From: Octopus sinensis
Taxonomy: Eukaryota
Assembly (NCBI RefSeq): GCF_006345805.1
Contig: NC_043001.1
Span: 105,338,001 to 105,402,000, forward strand
DNA length: 64,000 bases
Direction of reading: 5' to 3'
The notes under the pieces were generated by a model. That model was not told the DNA's origin. It was given only the letters and a program-made list of their open reading frames with translations, and did not search any database. Each line of letters opens with the position of its first letter. The stretch's first letter is position 1. The translations under genes and the position numbers were made by a program. Below, in pieces: positions 40,402-52,900 of the stretch.

Positions 40402-40710
40402 TAAGAAATAGCCAAGTCGGGGCAGATATTTTCACGAGGCATTTCCGACCCTGCCAAGGCAATATCTGACCTAAAATTTTCAAATCATCGCACTCGCGCC
40501 AAATTTATCGGCAGCAAATAAATATAAGCCGTCGATTCCATTACGGAATTAACCAGAAAATTCATAATTAATCAATATAGGGTGGCAAAAAAATTTGGTG
40601 CCGATAAATTTGGCGCGAGTGCGATGATTTGAAAATTTTAGGTCAGATATTGCCTTGGCAGGGTCGGAAATGCCTCGTGAAAATATCTGTCCCGACTTGG
40701 CTATTTCTTA
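40402..40710. repeat. Near-perfect inverted repeat with ~118-bp arms
   Basis: 40402-40519 versus 40592-40710; part of the spacer is itself inverted at ~41005-41035. Confidence 0.92.
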
Positions 40711-41051
40711 CTGAAGAATCTGAGGGCCTATGGAAGATTGGCTTGATTTAATTTAATCAGGTTAGTTTACCATTAAACAGCAGATGAAACGGTGCATCGT
40801 ATAAGAAATTACAGGGTAAATGTTTTTTAAATTTTCTCCTGGTTTACGGAATTGATTTTTATTTGCGGTTGAAGCTTTGGCTGTTATTTCTAGTGGGTGA
40901 ATGGCCTATTATGGCCGTTCCTTGATTGTTGATGTTGAACTTAAAAATGGTCTATGACTATTTAATTTTTTCCCACTAGGCCGCTGGTGGCAAAAGAATT
41001 CTACAAAATTTTTTTGCCACCCTATATTGATTAATATATATATATATATAT

Positions 41052-41113
<62 letters not shown>

Positions 41114-41461
41114 TATATATAATATATATATATATATGTATATATATATATCGAAACGCGGAGTAGATGAAACTGGGACGATTGATGAAGGGGATGTTCT
41201 TTATGTTGCATGTCTTGGTTTATTGTTTTTTTATTTTCGATGTTCGTAGAAAAGTTCGTTTTCTATGATTTTGTTTTTGTTTTCGTTTCTCGTTTTTTCT
41301 CCGTTTTTTTATGTCCTGTACCCATATATGCATGTATATATACATATATATGTAGGTATGCACTTATATATATGTATATATGCATATATTTATATATCAT
41401 TCATATCATTATATTATCGAACGCCACGCATCCTTTTCCAAGTAACTTTTATGTATCTATC

Positions 41462-41528
<67 letters not shown>

Positions 41529-41721
41529 AATATAAATAAATGTAAAATATAAATAAATATATTTAAGAGAAAAAAATTGGTGGTATTTTTTCACTTATGA
41601 GGTTTTTCACGCTAACTACTTGATAAATTCTTATGAAGATTTTATCCTATTTTTAAATTATATATCTATATAAACATGAGTGTATGTATGTTTTTTTGTT
41701 GTTTTTGTTTTTTTTGTTTTT

Positions 41722-41931
41722 CCAGTTTCAGCTCTTGAGCTGTGGCCATGCTGGGGCACCGCCATTGTGGTGAAAGAGTACAGCAGGGATCACCACCCCC
41801 TGCCGGAGCCTCGTAGAGCTTTTAGGTGTTTTTTCGCTCAATAAACACACACAACGCCCGGTCTGAGAATCGAAACCGCGATCCTGCGACCGCGAGTCCG
41901 CTGCCCTAACCACTAGGCCATTGCGCCTCCA
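41722..41931 (-). mobile_element. SINE family C (short form) with LINE-like 3' tail
   Basis: Head GGAGGCGCAATGGCCTAGTGGTTAGGGCAGCGGACTCGCG; tail GTGCCCCAGCATGGCCACAGCTCAAGAGCTGAAAC. Confidence 0.85.
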
Positions 41932-41935
41932 CATG

Positions 41936-41980
<45 letters not shown>

Positions 41981-42614
41981 TTACATTCATACATACACAC
42001 ATACATACAACACATACATATGTATTTACATTCATACATACACACATACATACAAACACATACGTACATACACATACGTACATACATATATTACAAGTGA
42101 AAGTGGCGTGAGTATCAATTTAGTAATCAGCGAGACAAAATTTTATTTGGTGAGAATTGCCAGAGTGCTTGCTGTCATAACGTAGGGAATATTGAATAAT
42201 GATAATGTATATTTGGTTTTAAATTAAATTGGTAAAACTCGGAACATTTGAAACTATTTGCAATGTGTTTATCGGACTCAACAGTCGATTATTAAATACA
42301 AAGCCGTGCTTCTTATATTACATTCAGATATCAGACGCTTCGTGAAATATACTACGGTAATATAATTAATAACGTGATGAATACCCAATATTTATCACCG
42401 TAATATATATAGTTTTATAAATATTTCAGAAAATCCCAGTGTGTGGTAATTGATTGTTATCTTCGTTTTATTTATATTAATTAAATCCTATACATTCCTT
42501 TACTAAGGTTCGTGAAAATGTTTTCTTTTAAACTTTCGTTTGTACAGTGCGAAACATCGAGCATATATTTTATATGTTAACTCATTAGGTATCTCTGTCC
42601 ATAATCTAGCTAAG

Positions 42615-42665
<51 letters not shown>

Positions 42666-43490
42666 ACACACATACACGCACACATATGGAGAGAGAAAGA
42701 AATTGAGAAAATATCGAATGCACGTGTTACCTGTTGCTAAAAATGGTATCTGTAGTCAGATATCATCATTTAGCTCAATGACACGCAGCACTCAGTTAGC
42801 CAATGAGGGGTGCAGGTTTCGATTCGCAATAGCGTCTTTGCTGCGTTGTTTCAATCTGTGAAGGTAATTTAAACCGATTTTCTAAAGCTGTGTTTCTGCT
42901 GTCATGTGTTCGATGTTTTCATATTCCTTAAAAAAACATGTCAGCCGAATCTTTCAGCCCCGCCGTAGCAAATCGTTTAGGTTTTTGAATGAAGACGGGT
43001 TGTTTCCCACAAGAGCATGTGTTTTCTCTCTGCGGCACAGATGTTTATCCTAGAAAAAAATTAAAATTTCATCGATACAAAATAGTATCATAGGGTTGCA
43101 GGATTTTTTTTTTTTTCAGAACGCAAAACGCCAAAACAAATACTGTATGGTATCGTGATGGACTCTTTACAATTCTATCAATCTGCCGCCATCAATTTTT
43201 CATTGACCGAAAGAATAAAAGAAAAGATTGGCCTCTGCGGGGTTTGAGCGCAGAAAGCAGTCGATAATATGCGCACTGGAGTCAATCTAATCGACTGACC
43301 TCCTCCCCAAAAATTATGTCGATATATATTGTGATGCTTCCCTGATTTAACAGAGGACCAAATATAGTTCCATATTTAAGAGATGAGGAATAATGTACTT
43401 TGTTTACATTTGACGGATATTTGTCCTCATCTTGTTTGTTATCTTGGGAAAATTTCGAACCTGGGTTCTCATGTCTAACGTATTTTTCGA

Positions 43491-43532
<42 letters not shown>

Positions 43533-43533
<1 letters not shown>

Positions 43534-44008
43534 GAGTGAGAGAGCAGTGCATGCCATCAAAGTGACACTGGGGTAAAATATACGAAGCCCAATATACCCA
43601 TCATGACTACCCGTCTGATAAAGGTACACCAAGCACATGCATCACAACTATATGTGCGCGACATGGTGATCTCATATCAAGATAAACAGCACATGACCTT
43701 GCAGGTGGGGCCCAGTTAGAATTTTCTTCAGGTTGAGTAGCCCATCCCGCTCAAAAGGTCCCTGAATAAGGGTTGTTTAAGGATGTTGAACAAAACACCC
43801 ATGTTTCCAGAGGTGAATTATTCAAACCCCAAAGAATCCCTCTCAACACATGGCCATGATGCTCCCCCACTACTTCTGCTCGTGATCAGAGATGCACATA
43901 TCGTCAGCCACTAAGGGACATGCTCAACTGGTTAAGGTCAAACAACTGACAAGCAAATCTGTGGTACTGAGCAGAATATTTGCTGTAGCCCATCTTTTAT
44001 ACCAAGAC
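43533..44008 (-). mobile_element. 476-bp retroposon-like insertion within an (ATT)n tract
   Basis: Flanked on both sides by (ATT)n; minus strand ends CTCTCTCACTCAAT(AAT)n; degraded partial copy at 35035-35165. Confidence 0.6.
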
Positions 44009-44018
44009 ATTATTATTA

Positions 44019-44086
<68 letters not shown>

Positions 44087-45358
44087 GTTGTTGTTGTTGT
44101 TATTTAAGTCACTGCCTGGAATCGAACTCGGAATCTTTTGGTTAGTCACCTCATGAGGGCTGGTGAGTATATCAACAAAGAAGCTGAGGACAAATATCCG
44201 TCAAATGTAAATAATGTAAATAAAGATCAAATATGTTTGCATATTTTCTTTTGCATTTGTAATGAGCAGTTGCTTTTACAGACAGCAACATATTAAATTT
44301 TCCAGACGTCTGTTGAAGAAGAAAACAGATGCTGTATCGTCCATATTCGCTGTTATGTTACATGTTATACATCGAAATTCAACGACAAGCGCATCGGCAT
44401 GTACCCGTTAATCGATCGATTTCTTTTAGAAATTTCAATGGCTGGTGATTTCAGCTCGTAACTGATCATTGAAAATTACTTAATAGATGACAAACACATT
44501 TTTCTCCAAGACAGAATTCTAGCTCTTTGCACCGATTTCTATTGAGGCAGATTTCTCAGACGAGCATACGAAGTAAGTTGAGAGTATACATGCAGAAATC
44601 GATTGAGACAGAAAACGAAATATAAAGAAGAGAAGGGGAGGAAATACAGATTTCAAATATAATAGACCAAATGTTGAAAGGGAAAATATGAATAGAACAA
44701 CCTGGAACCATGTCATAATTTACAATACCCCCATTTTATGTAACAAGTTTAATAATTATGGTGGCAAATTTCTAAGGAAATCTCTGTATACATGTCTTTA
44801 TGTGTTGTATTTTTTTCTCTTGAGACCAATTATAGAACTACATCATACTGTCCAAATTTCAATTCATTTCCATACTACCAACTTTTATTGATACGAATTA
44901 CGATTCAAAATTGCGGAAATGGAACGAATATGCATTCCATTGAAAAATATCCTCTTGGCACGAGTTTCGGAACGTTTGGCAAATAGTCCATATAGAAATC
45001 TATAGATTTTTCTTCTTTCAAACAATCCATCTTGACCTCTGGATCAGACAAAGAAGAGAAAGAAATTCTCCGTAATTCAATGAAAAACAAAATGATTAAA
45101 TTAGTATTTCCTTTTCTACAAAGTAGGACGTGACAGATAACTGCGTAAAAGGTTACCGAGTTGCCTTCGAAACAGCTCATCAATGGTTTGTCACAGAGTT
45201 GGTTGCGTAGCTTAAAATACATTAAAAACTTACCTCTAGATGTTAACTAATTAGAAAATAATTAAGATCTTTTTCTAATCTAGCCTCAAACCACAATACT
45301 AAATATTACGTTTGATGAATTCTATTTTTACATGTATGACTTTGGTTATAAGTGTTGG

Positions 45359-45778
45359 TTTCAAATTCTGACACGAGGCCAGCAAGTTCAGTGGTGGTGG
45401 TGGTGGGGGGCAAGTCGATTAGATTGACCCCAGTGCTCAACTGGTACTAATTGTGTCGAGCCCGAAAGGATAACGTAAAGGTAGGCAAAATACCGCTCAG
45501 CATATTGCCCAACGGGCTGAATATACTTTTCTACTCTAGGCCCAAGGCCTGACACTTTTAGGGAGGAGAGCAATCGATTAGATTGACCCCAGTACACAAC
45601 TGGTATTAAATTTAACGATCCCGTAAGGATAAAAAAAACGTAGTCGACCTCGGCGGAATTTGAACTCAGACCGTAAAGACAGACGAAATACCTTTTTCTT
45701 TACTACCCACAAGGAGCCAAGCACAGAGAGGACAAACAAGGACAGACAAACGAATTAAGTCGATTATATCGACCCCAG
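45359..45778 (-). mobile_element. Composite SINE family A fragments
   Basis: Repeated CGATTAGATTGACCCCAGT and GTCGACCTCGGCGGAATTTGAACTCAG. Confidence 0.75.
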
Positions 45779-45851
45779 AAAAACAAACGATGAAGACGGA
45801 TGTGTAAATAACAAACATATATATTAGTTGAACGCTCGGGAGAGAGAAAGT

Positions 45852-45887
45852 CTTTTACGTTTCGAGCCTAAGCTCTTCAGCAGAAAG
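45852..45887 (-). ncRNA. Minimal hammerhead motif, GAGC/GCUC stem II family
   Basis: CUUU-CUGCUGA-A-GAGC-uuag-GCUC-GAAAC-GUA/AAAG (A6C change). Confidence 0.62.
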
Positions 45888-46968
45888 GAACACAAAAATA
45901 AGCAGAGAGTAAAATGCACGAACACATCAACATATATAATATTTCTGCGCGTGAAATTTATTTATAATACATTTAACCGTAGCAAAATTCATTTGTTTAA
46001 ACAGGAAACGTTTCAATGAGATTGACATACACAAGGTTAGTATATCGATGTATGACTAAAAATATTATATTTTTGGTGTAAGATTTTTTGGATATTACTG
46101 TCCTACTTCATATTCATTTTTTAATAATAGAGAATGCATCCATCTTGCCTCGAGTGATTATTTAATTAATTTCGTTACTCTCTTCTTTATTAAAAGAAAC
46201 GTGTTTGCTTTATTCGTTAGGTTTCGTGTTGATGGATCTAAAAAGCTTTCAAGTCATTGGGAAGTATACTGAAACAAGTGAATTCTAGATTCGAAATGAT
46301 TTTCTAACAACCTCGGGTGAACATTAATATCAATAACTTTAAACGTAATTTTGGCGGCGAAATAATTCAATTTGTTAATGAAGAAATTTTAATGGATATT
46401 TTCCTGGGCTGAAGAATACGTACTAATGGAAATGCGTTGCTGTTATTCATTGTTAGTTGTATACAATTCATTCTTAATGATGTTTACCTATGCAGAATGT
46501 TATATTATTTGTAATACATCCATTAACTTAAAGACATATTATAACAGTAAACACAATTTTACTAAATAAGTATTTAAACAAAATAATTTCATATCTCCCA
46601 ATTATGCTTGGAAATATTCTGTTCCTAAAATCCCTGTAACTGATTTTTCCTTGTGTCACGGAAAATATATTTGATGTTTTAGAGACGTGTATATTAACAA
46701 GTTTCACTTAATTACTTGAAATACAAAGTCAGTGTCGATGTTCTGTAATTTCTCATTGCCATAATGAAATGGCTTATAAATTATATCTTCGAAACTAAAG
46801 GGATTATCTAAGAAATGAACAATGAGAAAATGCGTATCAACCTTATCAGTTAGAAAAAAACATCTTTAAAATACCTGCGGATATTTTAGATAACTTTTGC
46901 CCCTAATAGGTTTATTAGTTAAGTTTACGTCGATTCCTCTTTAGTGTTGTTTTGCATTTATAATAAAA

Positions 46969-49900
46969 CTAGCAGAATTGCCCGGCGTTGCTCGGGGCTG
47001 AATTGCTTGAAAGTACTGTTAATGATTGCACTGAATTATGATAATTATTCAGGCAAATATTGATATAAGTTCACGGCGAATGAATGTATTTGTAAGTGTA
47101 TAGAAAGCCGTGTAAAGGTGTTCCTACCCCCTCGTAGAATGGTGTAAGAATTGAATGTGAGGTTGCCTTGAAAAGAGCCATGTTATTGTTCTCATAATTG
47201 TAAGAATTTGATAGTCGTGGAAGGCGATGTAAAACGTTCGCAGGTGAATGTGCTGTTACAAAACTTGATGCTGTGTTAAAAGAGAGTGGATTTCATATGT
47301 AGGCAAGAGAGGAATGAAGCATGGGTAAGTAAATATGTGTAATTTATAAAATATAGAACAATAGCATCTACTCACCATATGTCAGACCGGCAAGACTGTA
47401 GTGGTGTTGATTAGGTGAATCACAATACAGTGGTGGAGATGTTTTCATTGATGGGCGTTTTGATTAAATTTGTTGTTGTATAAAATGATCTGTTGATTAG
47501 TTTCGAAAGTGTATGTTGCGATCGTGTTGTCGCTCATGTAAACTTTAACAATGAGAGTGTAGATGTAGGGGGTAGATGTGTCATGTACGTTGGATATAGA
47601 AGATGAGGCTGGTGGTTTGATGATGAATGGATAGAAATAGAGCTGAGCGAAGGACAGGTGTTGGTTAAGTTTGAATTAATGTTATGAAACGCCTAGAAAT
47701 GTAAATGCCATCATAAAAGAGAGTCGTATGTAAGTGAAATACTAACGTGTTTGAAAATGATGAAACGTAGTAATCCTATAGAACCTCCTTGTACACAATG
47801 TTTTTTTGTTTTTCGTTGTGGAAGGAATGCGAAAGCATCACTGTTGCTGCCGACACGCGAACAGCCAACATAAAGCTGACCATGAGAGAAACATGGCTCT
47901 CCCAAATGTATTCCTGTCACAGACAGTGTTTGACCCTGCGCTTTGTTAATTGACATTGCGAAACATGGCCTTACTGGGAACAGGGACCTCCGAAATATGA
48001 AAGGTAGGTCTGCTCCTGATGGGAAAAGATGCATCCTAAGTATGAGCACAACGTTGCCTCGACCGCACCCTGTGATAATGGTGGCCTCAATCAGATTGGG
48101 AGATAATGACTTAACGATCAAACGTGTGCCATTACATTGTTTTGGGGGAACCAAATTTCTAATGAGAATTATAGGGGCACCAACTTTAAGTTTGAGAATG
48201 TGTGGTGGTAGTCCGGGGGGCTCAAAGGAATTGAGTACCTCTATTGGATAATTGATGACGTCGTCTGGGTCAGGAGTTTTATCAATAGACTTATATACAT
48301 AGACATCCCCAGGAATGAGTTTTAGCATTTCATCATTAATATGGTGAACAGTTTTATTCCTCGGGGCCAGAATAGCCCTTTGGCCAATCCAATCCATATT
48401 CTGATAATTAGCTTGTAGATCTGGGAAGACTGCATCTCTGAGATCAGAAGGCGTGTTAACAATGGTACAAATGGAATTGATGGCAATATTACCATTTTCA
48501 TCCCCTGGTATTTTGCCTTCGCCAAGTGCAAGGAGGGTGTGAGAAAATGCTGCTGATGTGATATCACGTCGCATATGAGCACGCATATTGGTGTGAAGTT
48601 TGAGAGTCTTCACCAGTGGCCACAATGTGGATGACTTAAGACACGCACTTACAGCATCAGCTCTAGTCCCTTTGGGAATAACGGGAAGTGTTTGTCGGAA
48701 GTCCCCTGAAAGAAGAAGTGTTATGCCTCCCATGGGAGCTGAAGAGTGTTTGATGTCTCTGAGAGATCTATCTAGTGCCTCAAGAGCACCTCTGTGGGCC
48801 ATCGTGCATTCATCCCAAACGATAAGCTTGCATCGTCTGAAGACTTCTGCCTGATCGGAGCTGTTACTGATGTTGCAAGTTGGTGTCTCAGTCTTCGCTA
48901 AGTCAAGTGGGAGTTTGAAAGTAAAGTGAGCTGTCCTGCCGCCTGGCAACAAAGTAGCCGCAATCCCAGATGATGCCACAGCTAGGGCAATGCCTTGTGT
49001 TCGCCTAATCTCAGCCAATATTAATTTGTTGGCAAAAGTTTTCCCAGTGCCCCCAGGAGCGTCCAGGAAAAAAATGTCCCCAGCTTTGGCCCGGACTGAA
49101 TTAACAACGGAGTTGTAAGCGAACTTCTGTTCTGGAATGAGCTTTGGCTCATTGTCGGCTATGTACTCGGCAAGCACGTCAACATTAAAACATGTCTCAC
49201 GCAGCAAATGTGAAGACAGAGTGTTTGTGCCTTCCCGGTTTGTTGAAGGTAGGCCATAGACCGGCAAGGCACTACCGCCCATATCGAGTACAGTATCTTC
49301 GATTTCAAGCAGTGCCCTGTTGTAAATGAGGTCAGTGTACCCGACCTCCATTGATGGATGTAGCGATTGAGCGTGACGCAGGAAATCTTCAGACATATCA
49401 TCTTTGTAGGTAAGCCATAAAGAGGCGGGATTAGCCAAGTCACACCATAGTAATAGAATAGCGAAAAGCGATCTGATTTTTTTAGGAGATTTGAATAAAA
49501 CACCTTCTGCCATAGTGGCGCCCCATTGTGAATCATCCTCCAAAAGTCGGCGCCGAAAACAGGCTTCACGGAAAGTATCACATAATACACCATCAACAGT
49601 TCTGATGTCTTGAAAACTTTGTGGGCCTAAAACCTCATGGAGGAGAAGGCGCAGGTGAAAACAGTCATGTTGGTTTGGAGGTACAGTGTAGACTCTTCCT
49701 AGACAACTGTTAAACTTGACACCAGGATGTCCTTCAACATCCTGACCAGACTTCCTACGCACACAATTGTTGTTTGACCACACGTAGTAGGACGGGACAT
49801 GAGGGTATAAAAGTGTTTTAGCAAATGTGTCAAGTTGGCAAAGCCTAAAGAAACCGGTCAAAGTTGTTTGTTTTGGATTTGCCGCCAAATCAGCTGCAGT

Positions 49901-52900
49901 CTGTTCAGTAAAGTAAGTTCGTTGGCCATTTTCCAAATGAACCGCTAGTTGTATGATGGCGAGGTGCCTTTGGTGAAGTGGAAACCCGAATATCCGCCAA
50001 AAAGCTTCACCACTGCTTATGTACCGACCTGCCATGTACTGTGACACCTCGTCCATGCTATTGTCCTTTTGAAGGCCAAACATGGCAGCGTCAGAACCCT
50101 TGTTAACATATTTACATATATACTTTATAGACTTGACTGAATGACAGAACTCCACATTTATGTGAGCGTTAAAAGTTTTCATCAGAATTGGACAGTACGG
50201 CACTACCCACCTATTATCCACTTGATGACCCCGTAACGTTATAGTGAATCCACCATTGTCAGGGTGCCTTCTTCTGTACAGTGGGTATCCGTCGCGGCCG
50301 GTCTGGGTCTCGTCCACGAACCTCTTTGGGTACCGTTTAGTGCAGACGTGGTCTTTGTGGCATGAGGAGAACTTTTGAAAACCAGGACCGCACGGACCGT
50401 GTACCATGTGTGCCTTCACAATGTCGTACAGCTGCCGGTCAACAGTTGAGTCCGGAATTTCTGCTGCAATGAGATCATCAAGAACTGTTGGGTCTATTTT
50501 GTTGACCAACCAAAGCAAAATGTGCGCGTGTGGCAACCCTCTTTTCTGCCACTCAACAGTATACATGTGGCAGTTAACAGGCCCAAAAACCTGGCCTTTT
50601 TTTATTAAAAGAATGAGCTTAGCCAGTTTCTGCCTGAAAACCCTTGCAATAATATCATGGCGATGACAGTACTGCTGCCCTGGGAGAAGTTCTCGCGTTA
50701 CCTCAACCCACTCTGGGTTAGATGTAAAGGTAATGAATAAATCGGGTCGCCCATAATGCCGAACGTAAGTCATAGCGTCTTGTGTTCGCTCGTGCATGTA
50801 CCGTGGGACCCCTGTATAGGTTGAGGGGAGAATGCATATTTTGCCGATATTGCGGGCGTCAGTGTCATTCCTGATGCCATCACGCAAATGGATGTAGGAG
50901 TCTGAGCGCAGCTGCTTCTGATTCAATTTGATGAAGCCCAGTCTCTCGGACTCCATCTTTGCAACCATGTCAACCGCAAACTGGTGAAACAGTTCCCGTG
51001 ATCTGTGCAGGGGGTTGAAATTATTATGCCTTGTCATGAAGCGGTATGAGTAAAAAGCCATACATGAAACAGTTTTAGATGTCGCAGCCGAGGGCTCGTT
51101 TGGTTTGTGGTGAGGAATGCCGAAATGGTACCCGTCTTCTCCATACGGAAAAAGAAGGGGATACTGCAGGGCGTCATATGACCGATGTGTCTCATTAATA
51201 CGCTGAAGACCACTGTCGCGGCTTTGAAGAACTATGTCCCGCTGCTTGTGCTGTTCACCATGGAGAACTATGGCCACTTCATTGCACGAAGGAGCGTTAT
51301 ATCGCCGCGCGTGCTCCCCAGAAGGCCTTTTGTCAGCATCGATGACAATGGTGAATGTTGGTGAAGGGGCTGTTTCCAAGGCGTATTTGAAACTGCGAAT
51401 ATAGCTGTTGTGGTCATGAAGCATGTTTTGCAGAGTGAGCAGCACGTCCCTGTCGAAATTGTCAGCGTTAGTGTTTGCAGGTTGTGGAATTACATCGAAA
51501 CGCAAATCAAGTTGCCTATTGTAATCTGTAATAAAATAAATTTGAAGGAACGAAGGTTTGCAATTTTGTAGTGGCTGGAGTGACCCAATAAGGTGGTACA
51601 CCTGGCCCTGGACCTTGAAAGTAGGCATCCAACCAGTTTCTCTGACAACGTTAGCCCCGAAAGAAGTCATCTGAAATGCACAATTGTATTTCCTGATGAG
51701 TTGAAGGAATTTTGATGACCTTGAGGTGGAACCAGTAAGTAATTCCTTCAAAGGGTCTGGCAGCTCCCGAAGAGGGGGCAAGCTGACCTTACCGTTTAAG
51801 CAGCACATCGCAGGTGGTTCCCCAGCCCACTTTTTAGCATTGCAGAATTGGCAATTGAAGAACATTTCCCCAGTATTTATGTCAGCGTGCATCGAGTAAT
51901 TGAAGTTGGGCTCATACTTGCAAGCACGTAGATGCCAGTAAGGTCTGTTTCGACCCGTCAGACCGCGACGTCGACTGTTCCGCTGGAATGTAGAACGTTG
52001 CTGGTCTGAGTCGTGGGAATGTGTCGAAAATGTTGAAGCAGCAGTAGCCGCAGCGTTTGTAGCCAGTCGAGTGGCCCTTTGTTGTGGGTCCTCTGAAGCC
52101 CTTTGTGCAGCAACAGCAGAAGCATTTATGGCGCTGCGCTTCGATCTTGTTTCCGAACCGTCTGAAGCCGTGGAAGCAGCATCGTATGAAGCAACCGCAG
52201 CGTTTGTAGCCAGTCGAGTGGCCCTTTGTTGTGGGTCCTCTGAAGCCCTTTGTGCAGCAACAGCAGAAGCGTTTATGGCGCTGCGCTTCGCCTTTTTCGT
52301 CGCTGCTGCTGCAGTATGGCGGCCGAGGCGACTTCTCTTTTTCGGTGGCATTTTATGTGAAAAAGAAAGGGTGAAAGCTACTTAAAGATAGAAATTATAA
52401 TGTGAATGAAATGTGGAAAAATGTAAAGCGTGGAAGGAAAAGAAATAAATATTAGCAGCTGAAAGAAAAATTTTATGCAAGTATAGCGGCAGAGTGTGTA
52501 AAATGTATAGAAATTTGAGTTAAAGGCCAGAAAAGAAAGTTAGATTTGCAAGAAAGGAAGTAGTTTACGTACATGTTCGAAATGTGAAGTGTTTTAGTTG
52601 TTTAATCAAATATTTGCGTAAAGTGTATAGAAACGTAAATTGAAAATGAATTGAAATTTTTAAGAAAGGAGTTTGTTTACATACATGTGTGAAATGGCAA
52701 ATGTTTGTGCAGTTGTCCGAAATGGAATCCAGGGTAAATGTGTGGAACTGATGTATTATAATGAATAGTCCTTCTTGAACTGAAAACCAGTGGTGTAGCA
52801 TAAAAGACGATAAGGGATCTTCTCGCCAAAATGGATGACCAGTCTGAATGGCTCACCCCTGTCACACACATACACACACACATACACACACACACACACA

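Noticed and set aside
47943-52385. Short alternate-frame and antisense ORFs inside the Helitron
   Set aside because: Shadow ORFs of the long RepHel reading frame
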